A stretch of DNA of 59,736 bases, the filler included, from Platydemus manokwari (Eukaryota): NCBI GenBank assembly GCA_037951405.1. It is 6 parts of 6 records of this genome, joined end to end, with 100 filler letters (N's around TTAATTAATTAA, not from the genome) between each part and the next. Parts side by side here need not be neighbours in the genome. Positions count along the whole stretch, not along the records: positions 9,305 to 18,217 come from JBBMOY011330761.1; positions 18,318 to 28,717 come from JBBMOY011136883.1; 4 more parts are not named here. One strand, 5' to 3'. Below the pieces are notes generated by a model that was not told where the DNA came from, searched no databases, and worked only from the letters and a program-made list of their open reading frames with translations. The position numbers were made by a program, and so were the translations under genes. Of the stretch, positions 11,997 to 24,900 are shown one piece after another (the stretch's first letter is position 1; each line of letters begins with the position of its first letter).

Positions 11997-12756
11997 TATG
12001 TCTTCTGAAGTTGTGATGTATAATTGTGATAGTGAAAATAATGGCAGTGTAATAATAGCAATGCTAATTGTGACTTCGACCTTATATAGACAGTGATAAA
12101 TCATTCGCAGATATTCTCGGCGACTAAATCTAATGTCAGTGAATTTATTATTTTATCGATAGAATTTATTCAATGATGAGAAAAATTCTCTCTGAACTTA
12201 TTTATTTCACAGAGAAAATTTAGTCAATTAAATTTAATCGAGTGATTATATTGTTAGTCACTTTTGTTATTGAATAAAAATTTTTGAATGAAACACAGTT
12301 CACAAACAAGAATATCCATGATGCAAGTCATGTGTTATTAAAAAATATTAACTTAGTTTGAAATTTTCGAATATCAACGGTTGTAACGGAAAAGATTGAA
12401 ATGTTAAACAAAGGATTAATCGAGACGTTATTTTACGATTTGAGAGCTATTAACAGTTACAACTGATAGATAAAAACACAGCAAATATGGGAATTACAAA
12501 AATTAATTTGTTAAAATTGAGAATGTACATAAATATTAATGATAAATAATATGTATTCATCTATTTATCATGAATAAAAACGACAAAACAAAACTCAATA
12601 AAGAAATACCAAAGTGAAATTATTAACTGAATAATATTGGATTGCAATGAAATGCTATCTGAGAGAGAATAAAGAAGGGAAAAAGTCATTTATTCAAAAA
12701 CCACAAAAGAAGCTCTAATTGTGTAACTCAGGAAAATAATATTATTACCATCGGAA

Positions 12757-15625
12757 TCACTGCACAGATTCATTAGATTCATCAGAAACATTGGCAAAAG
12801 CTCTGAAAAATAAAGTATCACTACTAGCTTGAATTTGCAATTGCAAATGAGCCGCTACAAAGAAACTGTTTCCACGCTCATATGGCAATTTAAACAATGT
12901 TTTCCCATCACTAACAGCTGAGAAAACACCTTCACCTTGAATTACCAATAAAATCGATGCCACATGATATTCTTCAGCGACAATGATAAACAAAGGACAA
13001 GCAGTAGCCTTGAATATTTGGCAATGATTATTTTATCAATTAAATGAAATGATAACAAAATTACAAATATTCGTTCTACGGCAAAATCGGATATCGGAGG
13101 TGCAAACAAATCGCACGTAATCATATGAGATAATGTTATCATTCTTTTTGGTTTGAATTTCATATTTTCCTCCGAAAATGAAGAATAATTCACCATACTG
13201 ATCAAGGTTTCAATATCCTTATATTTTGGTGTGAGACCTGCTCTGATTACATTGTCAGAACAAGCCATACACTCGATAGCTGTTCCAGAAATGTAAGCAT
13301 GAGGAAGGTTTTCCTGAGAAAATTATTCAATTACCAATCCGCTATTCAAAACTTTACCGATAGAAAAAGTGCTTCGCCTGGTTGTAATACAACTTTATTT
13401 AAAATAAACACCGAAAAAAGCCCAATATCATTGGGATATTGTTGATTCAGACGTAAAAACAACTCAGCTAAGTGAGCATGTTTTTCAGATAAATATTCAA
13501 CAGCTTTACCATTTTGGAAATCCTCAACTAAACTGGTGACAGCTTTTACAATCTGTGAAAATGTAATTTAATTGGATTTTCATTAAAGATGTTCATTATT
13601 ACCATATCAGGACCGGATAACATTAGAGTTTTATAACACACTTTTAATGCTGACACTTTCTGTTCATCACTAATAAGATTCAAATAACCTTTCTTGATAT
13701 CGCCGATTAATTCTCCTAATTGTGGAATTGCTATAATTAATTATTCAATCATTTTAATGTTACAAATCACAATTCATAAACATATGCTAATGATATTCAA
13801 TCAAATAACTCGTGATTTGTTTTTATTAGCCCGAGGATAAAACTAGATATTAGCAATAGAAAAATATAAATAAATATAAACATGGTTTTCCTATTGAAAT
13901 TATTCATCATAAATTAGATAATTGTTAAAAAGACAATCAGCAGAACCTTTCAAAATTATCAATCAACAAACCATTCTATTATATCTTATTAATTTAAAAT
14001 GGAGATTATTTCCATTAAATGTAGAAATTATCAATTGGTTTTCTGAAAACAAAGTATATATTATAATGCAACAGGAATAAATATATTTAAACAAACATTC
14101 TATAAATAAAGATATAAAATCTAGATTAGATTTAATTCATTTTTGTTAAATTTTATAAAATAGATTATTAATAAAATAAAATTGCGAAATATCAATACTA
14201 TAGTGGCAATAATAATTTGGCGATTGACAATTCCAATATGTGGTCCACCATTTCTCCGATTTTACAGTAGTTTTGAATAGGTCATAGAATCGATCATTCT
14301 GGAATATTCTTATTGGTGAATTCGAACTCAATCCAATTTCACTCAACCTAATTATGTCTTACCACTTATGATTAATACCTGTTAAAATTTGATTCAGCAT
14401 TACCAAGCTACTCAAAAACAAAAACTGTTATTAAAATTTCCGAAATTAAAGAAATTCATCAAAATTCCATTGTATATTCTTAAATAATGTCTGGATTCAC
14501 TTACTTTGTATTGCATTAAAAATACAAACAACCAATAAAGTACAGAAATCGAAGTCTATAAATATCCAATCAAATTCGAGGCACACATTCTCAATAATCA
14601 CGACAGTCAATAATGATGACACAATTTACATTTTCTATTAATTATATCTGACTGAGAAAATCATGTCATTTCAATATTTAAAACTTATTCAAAAGAATAT
14701 AAATACATATTATGGACACTTAATAATGACTACGAGTTTGTTATAATCGATTACCTGTGAAATAAATATTTATTGATTATAGACATATGAACATATATTG
14801 ACGACGAAATAAATTTTAAATAAATATGCAATCCCCAAGCCATGAATTACGAAATTATATAAATAACTTACATAATCCAACATCAAAATAAACAAATATT
14901 GATGAAATAAATTAATTTTTTCGATAAGTAAATCGTAAGTCTTTTATAAAAGTAATTTTATGTAAAAGTTTAACTTATTAATAAAATAATATTCCTTTAA
15001 TTTATGATTGATTAATTAAGCTTACAATGAATAAAAAACGTGATTTCATCTAATTTCCGAAAACCAGCCAAGGCTTCAAAATGTGTTAATGCAATTGCAA
15101 GTTCAGGTTTGTGATTGGGATCTTTATAAATATCTGGAGCACATTTGTGTAAAAATTCGGCTTCTTTCTGTTAATTTTTGTTTAAAAGGAATAGTCTCAT
15201 CTTATTAAATCACCTTATTCGGATGAATTTGAATAGATAAAGCAGTGTTTACTGAGAGTACTTTCAACAAAAACGGTAAATCACAGCCAAATTCCGCAAC
15301 AGATGCATCACCCAAAACATCAGGATTTTCAGTAATTAAACTTAATAAATTCTTTTGACTTAATTGTATAATTGAAGGTCCAGAGACATGAGTTCCAAGC
15401 CAAAGCTAAACAAATTTGTCAAATAAAATTGTAGAGACAATTAATATCCACCTCTGCATAAGGTAAGGATTCATTAAAATGTGACTTTTCGTTAGCAACT
15501 AGTAAGTTATAAACTTCACTTTCAGTACCGTATTTTCCCCAAGCGTAGTTCTGGACGGCATACTTTAACTTGTACACTAAAATTTATAACAAATATTGTA
15601 AAAAGTGGATAACCAAAATTTTACT
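12757..15625 (-). CDS. MPI: Mannose-6-phosphate isomerase (type I PMI). Coding exons: 15625, 15576-15452, 15405-15214, 15167-15026, 13730-13603, 13552-13358, 13313-13065, 13008-12757; 427 aa
   Basis: Motifs QNYAWGK, PYAELWLGTH, LPFLLKVLSVNTALSIQIHPNK, YKDPNHKPELAIALTHFEALAGFR, QYPNDIG, LQPGEALFL, PHAYISG, ECMACSDNVIRAGLTPK. All introns are GT-AG and in phase (48, 46, 46, 1295, 50, 44, 56 nt); spliced length 1284 nt. The first exon is less certain. Confidence 0.96.
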
Positions 15626-17549
15626 TTAAACTGGACAATAAGTAAAATAAAAATGCTAATTTTTGATGATACATATAAACAAATATTTATATTTATTAAG
15701 TTTAGATAAAATTAGTTTGATTTTTTTTTTATTTTTAACTAATTATATTAATTAGTTTTGTGATTCACAACTTTGGTATTTTATTCACAGAAATGATATT
15801 TTTATAATTTCAAGAATTTCAAAAATAATAAATCAGCTGTATAATATAATTATTGTATTTTCCCTTTTTACTTAGCTTAAACTTCTTAAAATGTTTACAT
15901 ACTCTTGTATTGAAATCACCTCCTATAACATAATTTTTAATAATGAAATAGGAAATTGAATTTATTTTTGCGAAATTTGAAATTTTTATACTTTGGCTGC
16001 ATATCAGCTATAAATAAATATTGGGGAATTGGTAGGATCCAAGTGGGTTAGATGAATCACTAAAGTTGTGGCGTAGAATAATGCTTCTATAATAATGCAT
16101 TACGGACCTCTTTCACTCAAATCAAACCATTTTTATTTGTATAGACGGAAACATTGGAAGACTATATGCAGATAAGGAAATAATAAAATACTTTAAAATA
16201 AATATCCAGATAATATTTTTCTGATTTATGAGCATACAATTTATAAATTTGTGACGTTTCGTTCAACTAAAATTTATATAATAATTTGTTATAATTTGTG
16301 CCCTGAGTGAAAGGCTTCACTGGTTGATATACCGTGCCAATTTATTTTCTGTGTATTCCATTTGTTGAGTGAGATTAAATTCTGCAAAAAGACAAGATAG
16401 ATTACACCTTGGAACCCTTGTTTTGGCACTTTGAACATTTACATGCCTACACGACCATACAGGCATGGTAATCGGCCAATTACAATGAAGCTAGATAGTA
16501 AATTACAATCGAGAAAAAGGGCATAACTACACAAAACACACATCTAGGGATTGACCAATTCCATTCATGTAAAAACCTAAATACTCAATAAAAATACAGA
16601 AAGACAAATACCAAATCAAATTGTAGTACATCATTACACAGAGAGGTATACACAGATTGCGAGTATAAAAAGCAATGTAAAAATAGACAACTACCAGTTG
16701 GAAGCCAGATTTGGTGAAATCATTGTGCTTGTATTGATTATTGAAGTTTTTCGTTAGTTTTTTAGTTGTATATTGACTAATATATATAAGCTGGAGTCAG
16801 AAGTTTGTTATTTATACTCCAACACATGCGTCATGGCTCTATTTTTTAGAAACATTCAATGCTTATTATTTTGTGTTACTATTTTTAATATCTTTTGTTG
16901 TTATTATATTTTGCACACAACGTGATTTCTATGTTTAGATTTTATTTGAAATTTTTCTTATGACCTTTTAATTTTTAATTTTGGTATGTTTAAAAAAATT
17001 TTAAAGAATTTTAAGTTTTCTAAGCCTGTGTTTGTAATATCTCAAAAGTTTTTTGGTGCTTATTTTTGTAAATTTTAATAATGAATTTTATTATTTTTCA
17101 AGGTGATTTGGACTAAGATGATTCCCCGCAAAGGTATAAAAGTATAATTGGTAAAACAAAAGTAACATTTTTTATTAACCGGAAAATATTATGGTAATTT
17201 TCTTTATGTAACTCATTTTATTTATATAAATATGAATGATATATATGACATGATATAAATAATGTATATAAATGATAAAAATTTACAATGAAATTGAAAA
17301 TACAGTTTTCCAAATAAAATGAATTACAAAATGATAATGACCATAACATTTTTCGTTTATATTTATTTATTTATAAATTTAAAATTTATTTATTAATTTA
17401 AAAATTAACTTCAAAGGGAAACTATGAAATTAATTTAACTATAATAAAAATATTATAAATAATAATAATTACCTGACAATAATTTAAAGATCAAATCAGG
17501 TTCAAATTATATTAAGAAAAAGTTTCTGAATATTTCCTCCTGAATGACT

Positions 17550-17635
17550 CACTCAGTAATTTAGTATAGCTATTAGTTAGACAGTTCGTTATTCAAAAGT
17601 CAAAGGACGTGGTTTTACTTCCCACATTCTCAGCA
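17550..17635 (+). mobile_element. Possible degraded tRNA-derived SINE head
   Basis: A-box-like TAGCTATTAGTTAGA and B-box-like GTGGTTTTACTTCCC at tRNA-like spacing; no intact cloverleaf. Confidence 0.25.
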
Positions 17636-18144
17636 TATGCCCAGTTTTGTTTGACAATCGTGAAGTAATTTCATTTAATAAAAACTTATTTATGAACGTA
17701 TGTTCAATATAAATATTCGAATTACTTGAGGCACGAAATAACTCATACATTGCGAGGAAGCAACTTTATCAGAAGCTTATCTTTGAAGTTGGATGGTAGA
17801 GAAAAATTACAATATTTTCTTTATCATAATTATATATTTATAATATGGGTTTGCCTTTGATTTTGAATTCATTCATTTTTTAAGTAATAGTTAAATAATA
17901 TCATCTCGTTTGGTTCATTTTATTATCATAGTTGCTAACATAATAGTTAAAAATTCATTGGCATTTCACCAACTTTTAGTTTTCATATAAGTTTGATAAT
18001 ATCAAAAAGTCATTTGTCAACGATATCAAAGGCAATGTAATTGAGTAACAATGATGCCAACAAGGATTCACTGAAATTCATAGGATATAGTTTAGTAATT
18101 TGTATAAAATAATTGTCATTAGTTTTTATGAAATAGTTTTAATA

Positions 18145-18217
18145 TTAGGTTGTCCCATATGAAATGTCCGATTTTCATGCACATATTTGAAGAAGCATAA
18201 CTCATAAGAAAATATTT
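18145..18217 (+). mobile_element. Mariner-like terminal inverted repeat truncated by the contig end
   Basis: TA|TTAGGTTGTCCCATATGAAATGTCCG resembles mariner TIR starts (TTAGGTTG...). Confidence 0.55.
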
Positions 18218-18317
18218 NNNNNNNNNNNNNNNNNNNNNNNNNNNNNNNNNNNNNNNNNNNNTTAATTAATTAANNNNNNNNNNNNNNNNNNNNNNNNNNN
18301 NNNNNNNNNNNNNNNNN
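18218..18317. other. Artificial contig-joining spacer
   Basis: 44 N + TTAATTAATTAA + 44 N. Confidence 0.97.
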
Positions 18318-19915
18318 TTTATTCCTGTATATATTGTTGTGTCTAGACCTATCATAAATAATAATAATTACTTTTTATTAAAAAATTTTCAAAATATTTT
18401 AAATGACTAATTTATCTAAAAATAGGGATAGAAATTGTTCCTCCTATAAAGTAGAATAAAGAAAGCACAAATATAAAATGAAATTACTAAACACAGTAAA
18501 AATTAAGATAATAATAGTAAAAATAATACAAAATAAAACACATTACAGATAGCACACGGCTATAAAAATAATATATATTAAAAGAAACAACACAGAATGA
18601 AGGCCCATAAATGCAGCTAAACAATCGATTTTTCAAAGTGATATGATCGTTCAACCAACTTGTTATTACTGTACATTGATACGAATGATTACAGATTAAT
18701 ACACTAAAAATTGATACACTTATGCAACAAAAATTAATACAATTCTACACAGAATTATACAGAAAATAGTTAACGATTTCTGTTAATTGTCTTTTAGTAG
18801 TCAGTGCAAGATCCTAATATCTATATGATTCATTTTCAGTCTCCTGTGCTTGCGCCGCAAGAACCCTGTCGATAATTACTGCCAGTAATCCCAGTTGGAT
18901 GTATTAGATTTAAGAATTAATTAATAGAATAGTTAGATTGTGCCCAATTAATTTAAATTAAGAATGACATAAAAATTTATGGTAAAATTCGTTAAAGCTT
19001 TCATGTGACTTGCAAATAGTTTTCAAATAATAAAATAAAACTAGTGATGTTTTTATGGATAGCATTGAACTAAAGTACGTGTATAGCTTCTCAAATTATT
19101 GTTCTCTACAACACGAGGCAAGATTTTCTTAGAACGTGAAATTAGTAATGGCATTCCAAGTGTTTGGGCTTGAAATATTGATTAAATTATTCCACGTAGT
19201 TCAATCATGTGAATTGTAACAAATTATGACAATTAAGTTTTTGTGGGCCATTAGTAATGCTTTTAGAATTCATATTTAAATAAACCAAATTTATTTAAAG
19301 TTATTTCGTGCAATTATCATTAATTTTAATTCATTATTATTTATTATCTCATTAAATTTCACTTTTTACTTCATTTATTTTAATATGTACATTTATTTTA
19401 TTTATCTCTGGGTTCAACATAATATTAATTACTATTTTTAGCTTTTTCTGTATTGTTATTAATATCTTCAATATTTCTAGTGCAAAGCTAACAAAAAACT
19501 AATATTTTAAATAAAATATGTTGTATAAAAATATTGCTTTTTATAGGCAAATAAATTTTCATTTGTATTAATTTTGCAAGTTTTCTAATGCATTGAAATT
19601 ATGAATATTTTATACGAAGTCTAGTGGAACGTATTTACAGTCCACAAAGAACCTAGTTCATTTAATTTGGATAAATTCGACTTTTTATTGATCATTCATA
19701 CAATTTCAAGTTTTGTTTGAATGGATTTAAATAATTAAAAACTGGTACTCAATAATTCAAATTTTTTGTAATTGTTATTGAATTAAACACAAAAATGAAA
19801 AAGCAATTCATCGATGACGTATGATAATATTTATAAATATATATATATATATCTAATGAATCTAAATATTCTTTAATAAATTTTTATAAATCCTATAAAA
19901 TCATTTTTCCTGATT

Positions 19916-21936
19916 TTATCCACTTTCTGACAATCTTTTCCCGTGAATTACATTGTCGATAGATTCATCAATTGGTATCCAAGGATTACTCATATCAACA
20001 AATGACTGAGATCTACTAGATTTGTTACTGTTTAAGGGTTTATTATCATCCATTAAATTTTTCGACGATGAATTCCAATAATCACAATCACGACAAGCGA
20101 CTTTATCTCTCAAATGTCTTGGATTGTTATTGATTTCCAATTCTATTTTGTCATCATTTTCACTGGGATTGTTTTCCAGAAATTTGTCACAGTTGGTTTC
20201 CCTTCTTAATGATCTATTTTTTTCCGATTCACGATTCGGTAGAATAACCTTTCTCAGAAAAATGACAGTATATAGAAAATCGATTAATTCAATAAAAAAT
20301 GCAAACGTTAAACCGATATATAGTGAACATAAACCACCAATTCTGCTCACTAATGCATTAAATGAAAGAACCAAACGCTCTTCCTTGATAAACGTATTAT
20401 TGGCTTTTCTCTTGACTACCACAAACGTATACCTTTCATTGAATGTCATTTTTTCACTGTCAGACACTGATTCACTAAGATTTTTCTTTGTGAAGAATAA
20501 TTCAATCCGTGCTGTCAGATTTGAATAGAGCAATGACTCATTAACAGACAACTCTTCACTGTGTGTAGTTTGACTTTTGTGTTTTATTATATGGAACTTC
20601 TTCCATGCATCGAGAATTTCTTTCAGCCAATATAGTTGCCAATCGGTTGGTCTCCATTTCGTAACGGAGGTTGTGGTAGAATATTCGATTGATGTACAAC
20701 GATGAATACATTTTTTGTCATCTTTCAAATGACTTTTTATTTCAGTTGCTACCCTGAAGAATCTGGTTATGCAGGTTTTTCTTTTAAGAAAATCTTTATC
20801 CAAGAAACCACAATAAGGTATCTTTGTGTTTGGATACAAATATCTTGGATAATATCCATAGATACATTTGCATCTCGCTATTAATTGCTCTTGTAATTCC
20901 ATGTTAAAACATAGATCAATATCATATTTATAATCGTTATCTAAATCCTTGTACATGGTTTTTGGATTGCTAACGCACGGCTTTCTGTCAGTATCAACTT
21001 TGACATTCAGAACAGGTTGGTAATTCAATTCATTTAATCTGCCTGGTTCAATTTGAATTCCTTCACTTTCTATATTAGGATAAGACCCTGGTTCATGAAT
21101 GACGACTCTCAGTCCATATGCTTGTTCAAATATATCTAGCAGAAACCCTTGTCTGTGTTTGATATTTGTCTGCTCATCGGGCCCTAACCAAATGATCAAA
21201 CCCAACCTTGAAATAACTGATGCGTATTCTGGACTTGGTTCCACGGTGAAACAATTGAAATAAGACGGATGAGATAATTGCTTTACTTGGAGCATATCAT
21301 CAACACATTGATTATCTAAAGCCATCTGTTGGCCGTAGGACCAAATACAGTTTTTAATTATTGATGTGTTGTGACCCAGATCTAAGCTGACGTTAGTTGG
21401 TAAATTCTGATAATACACAGATAATCTGTCATTCATTGTCGTCAGGAATAATGGATAATGAAAGTCGGGTTCTGATGCAGATTTATTTGATTTTAGCATC
21501 TCTTGGAATTGCTTAAAAGCTGATTTTCTCAATCTGAATGTATGATAATTAAAATAATTTTTAAAATTACTAACAATGTAAAAATATAATAATATAAAAA
21601 CATTACAATTCATTAAATTTTGTAGGAGACATGACTGTAGCATCTTCCCAGAGCTCGTAGGCTTTTTCCGAAAATGGTTGATGATTACAGAAAGTTAAAG
21701 CCGGAAATGGTGTTGCATTATCGATTTGGATGTATGTCTGAATATTAACCGAATACTGTTTATAGTCGATTACCAGTTTCAGTATGGAAACGATTAGAAA
21801 GGTAATTGTACTGCTCACATAAAGAATCCAAAGTATTCTCAGAAAAGTGCTCTCTGATTTGACTATTTTACTGAAACCTCGTATCGATGTATTGATAAAA
21901 AATATCCGAATCACTTCCAAATATTCATCTTTTATC
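19916..21936 (-). CDS. DEG/ENaC (amiloride-sensitive sodium channel/ASIC/FaNaC family) subunit. Exons 21936-21607 and 21533-19916; 5' exon not located
   Basis: TM1 ILWILYVSSTITFLIVSILKLV, post-TM1 FPALTFCN, YFNCFT, GLRVVIHEPG, Cys-rich thumb (C...CKC...C...C...CIHRC), TM2 LVSRIGGLCSLYIGLTFAFFIELI. A 73-nt GT-AG phase-2 intron (21534-21606) joins the two ORF-track entries in frame. Acceptor TTCTGCAG ends at 21937. Confidence 0.93.
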
Positions 21937-24900
21937 CTGCAGAACGAAATGTTAATTAAAAATCTTTCTTCTTTATTTTATTCCTATTTTTATTTAAGTG
22001 GTTGATCTAACAACAAATAAGTAATGTACAAAAATTGATTTTTAACTAGAGAGACTGACAAGGAACCAAAATTCAGTCACAGTCAATGGCCAAACCATAA
22101 CTGACAGTATAAGTCAGTGAAGTAAATATATATTAAAATGAATTAGTGAAAGATTTAGATTCTAAATTCTCTCGGACACTAAAATACAGTGATTATTGGA
22201 ATTATAGGTGTTCATCACTAAAATTATCACTAGAAAAATAAATGTAAGTTAATGATAATGAAGGTTACTAATATTTTACATGAAATGTGTCCTACAGCTA
22301 ATCCTCGATTTATACAGAAATTCACTTTTAAATTTTAATTTCAGAATAATCCTCCACCATCATTAACACAAAGTCGAACTCGCTGTTAAACAACTCAAGA
22401 TCATATCATTTTATAAAACCTTCATCAATATCACGGGGTTCTTCGCAAGGTTCTTCTACAAAAAGACCCCAATCAAAAAAATCACGTAGTGTTAACTCGG
22501 GTGATCTCAGAGGCCACTACAGAAGATTTTCTCGACGACCAATCCGTCGGCTTGGAAATCAATGGTTCAAATACATGAGAAGCGATAGTTAAGAATACTG
22601 GTAGGCTCAATTCTACATTAGCACTCATCGGTGCCATACAACGGCTGAATAACGCTTTGAATCAACAAAAATTTGAATTTTTAAAGACAGTAGAATTCAT
22701 TGTGATATAGCAAATGTCTTTTTAAAATATTCAACGAATTCCTGCAAATTAGGTTAGGGAGAATTTTCTATTTTATACACCGTATGTTTTATTAATTAAT
22801 ATTTTAAATAAAATGTCTCGAGTATTCTCAAATTTGACAATAATAAGAATATTTTAATTTTAAATTATTTCTAGTATTAGCAACATTAAATCTGAAAACA
22901 AACATTTTTGACAAATAATTATAAATCTAAAATACCACTCATTCCATTCAGCACAAAGCCAAAATTTCATTGGTAAACAATTAAAAACGTTACTAGAAAA
23001 TTATTAATTCTTTTGGATCAAATCTAACTGTGTCAAGCAAAATGACATTATTACAAACAATAATATTTATTTTGGATCAACATTTCAGTTTTTGGAAAAT
23101 ATTTTCAATTTAAAATTTTATTCTAATATTTGTTTAAATTCAATTGATATAAAAAATTTTGGATTTTTAATAATAACTTTTTTTTGGGTATTCAAATAAT
23201 CTTCCTAAAGGACAAATCACTGTATTGATCGAGATTTTTACAGTTAGTAATTGCTTCATATCACAGTGTCAGTCAATTTACCATGAATCACATCCATTTT
23301 TGCTCAGCTTTCTTTCTTCTTCGATTACAAGCTCAAAGACGTATATGTTATTTTTGACCTTCTCGCTAAGGTCTTATTTGAGATATAATAAGTAATTGAA
23401 TTAATTGAAATTAGAAGAGTTACATGTAAAATTCACAATAAAAAACACTGAAAAATAATGTCGTTTAATCAATCGATAACGTTAATAAACGAAATTAAAA
23501 TCGGTCCAAGTATCAATGTCAAATCATAAAATGGATTCAGCACAAGAAAGAATGAAAGATAGGTAATTGTTGACCGATCACAAAAACTGAAAATTGTTCT
23601 TAAGAGTCGTCTTTTTTATTGGCTATCTTGTGTATGTCAACTTGTTGTTTATTTGATATAACCTTTCCTTCTTTTTCTCACGCAACCTATACATTGTACA
23701 TTTATATGTTCGCTCTCTGTGGATATGAACCAATTTAAACCAAAGTTCAATCGAAGAATCTGGTTACAAATGACTGTTAAGGTGATGTATTTTATTCCCT
23801 GTTATGCTTAACTTTGTAGATTTAATTCTTAGGTTTTTAGATAATATCCTTCACCTCCTAAAATTCATGTCATAGTGTAAGAGAAACTCCGAAATTCTAA
23901 AGTTTTTATAAATTGAAAAAATATAATCAATAATCAAGTCAGTGTAAAGCAATTGAATATCTTGTAACTAGACAAATAATTCAGCTTAAAAATGAAAGAA
24001 TACGGATTAATGGAAACTATCTTTCATAATTTATATGCTTGATAGAAGCATTGAAAGATACTGCTACAATTTGTTGGCGATTGTTAGAATTAATTTTTAC
24101 AAATTTTGTCTGTCATTCAATTTGTCTGATTATCGTAATTTTAAATCACATTGTCGATTATAATTTATTATTAGACAACATAATACGACACGAAAATCTA
24201 AGTCATAATAATTAACTAAACCACTAAAAACAGTAAGATCACAAGTTCAACAATCGAAAGAAGATGAAATATTTACACAGAAGATTACCGACCATGAAAG
24301 ACTCACAATTTCTGCCAAGAGCCAACTCGCTTAATAGGCTGAATGTTTGTGTCAATTAATGCCTGATGCATCGATTTTTATTTCTTAAAAGTTTCTACAT
24401 CTTGCCTAATGATTTTGATTTGAAATTTTCCTTTATTCTTCATCGTCATTGGGTCATTTGATCTTTCGTTCTTTTTTATTGATATGAATGGACAGACATC
24501 TTAAATCCAAACATAAAGCGTCAAGTAGGAGACCTTGAATTGGCTATTGTGATAAAATATACCCTTTGCACGTCCCATCTCAAAGAATTTTTAATTATAA
24601 TTTTGGATCACTTACGACATGCTCCACAAATTAAATAGTTTATAAAACTGAGAAACCAACGAAAAATAAATGAAAATCGGGTTAATCAGCTTGATTTAGC
24701 TAATAATCTCAATGATAATCAGATTATTTTCGATGTTCTGAGCTATGATAACACATGGATCATAAAGTAATCAATGAAATTTTCGATGAAGTGATTCAGT
24801 GACAAAAGAAAAAATTTGATATTAAGTAAGTCAATATTTTCCCATAAATCTTTACTCAATTTCCTCCAGTTTTTTAATTTAATTATTATAAAAGTACTTA

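Larger units (their letters stand above)
9305..11997. mobile_element. Polinton/Maverick (adintovirus-like) element end, degraded and truncated by the contig edge
   Basis: Contains PLA2-like and retroviral-like integrase remnants in the order typical of Polintons, and compact intronless genes. Ends in ...ACTACT (5'-AGTAGT on the minus strand), the characteristic Polinton terminus. Confidence 0.8.

Noticed and set aside
20124-20884. Plus-strand ORFs 20124..20528 and 20702..20884
   Set aside because: Antisense shadows of the DEG/ENaC exon.
21534-21643. ORF-track N-terminus MLQSCLL...YHTF of the 575-aa ORF
   Set aside because: It reads through the 73-nt intron and an out-of-frame part of the previous exon.
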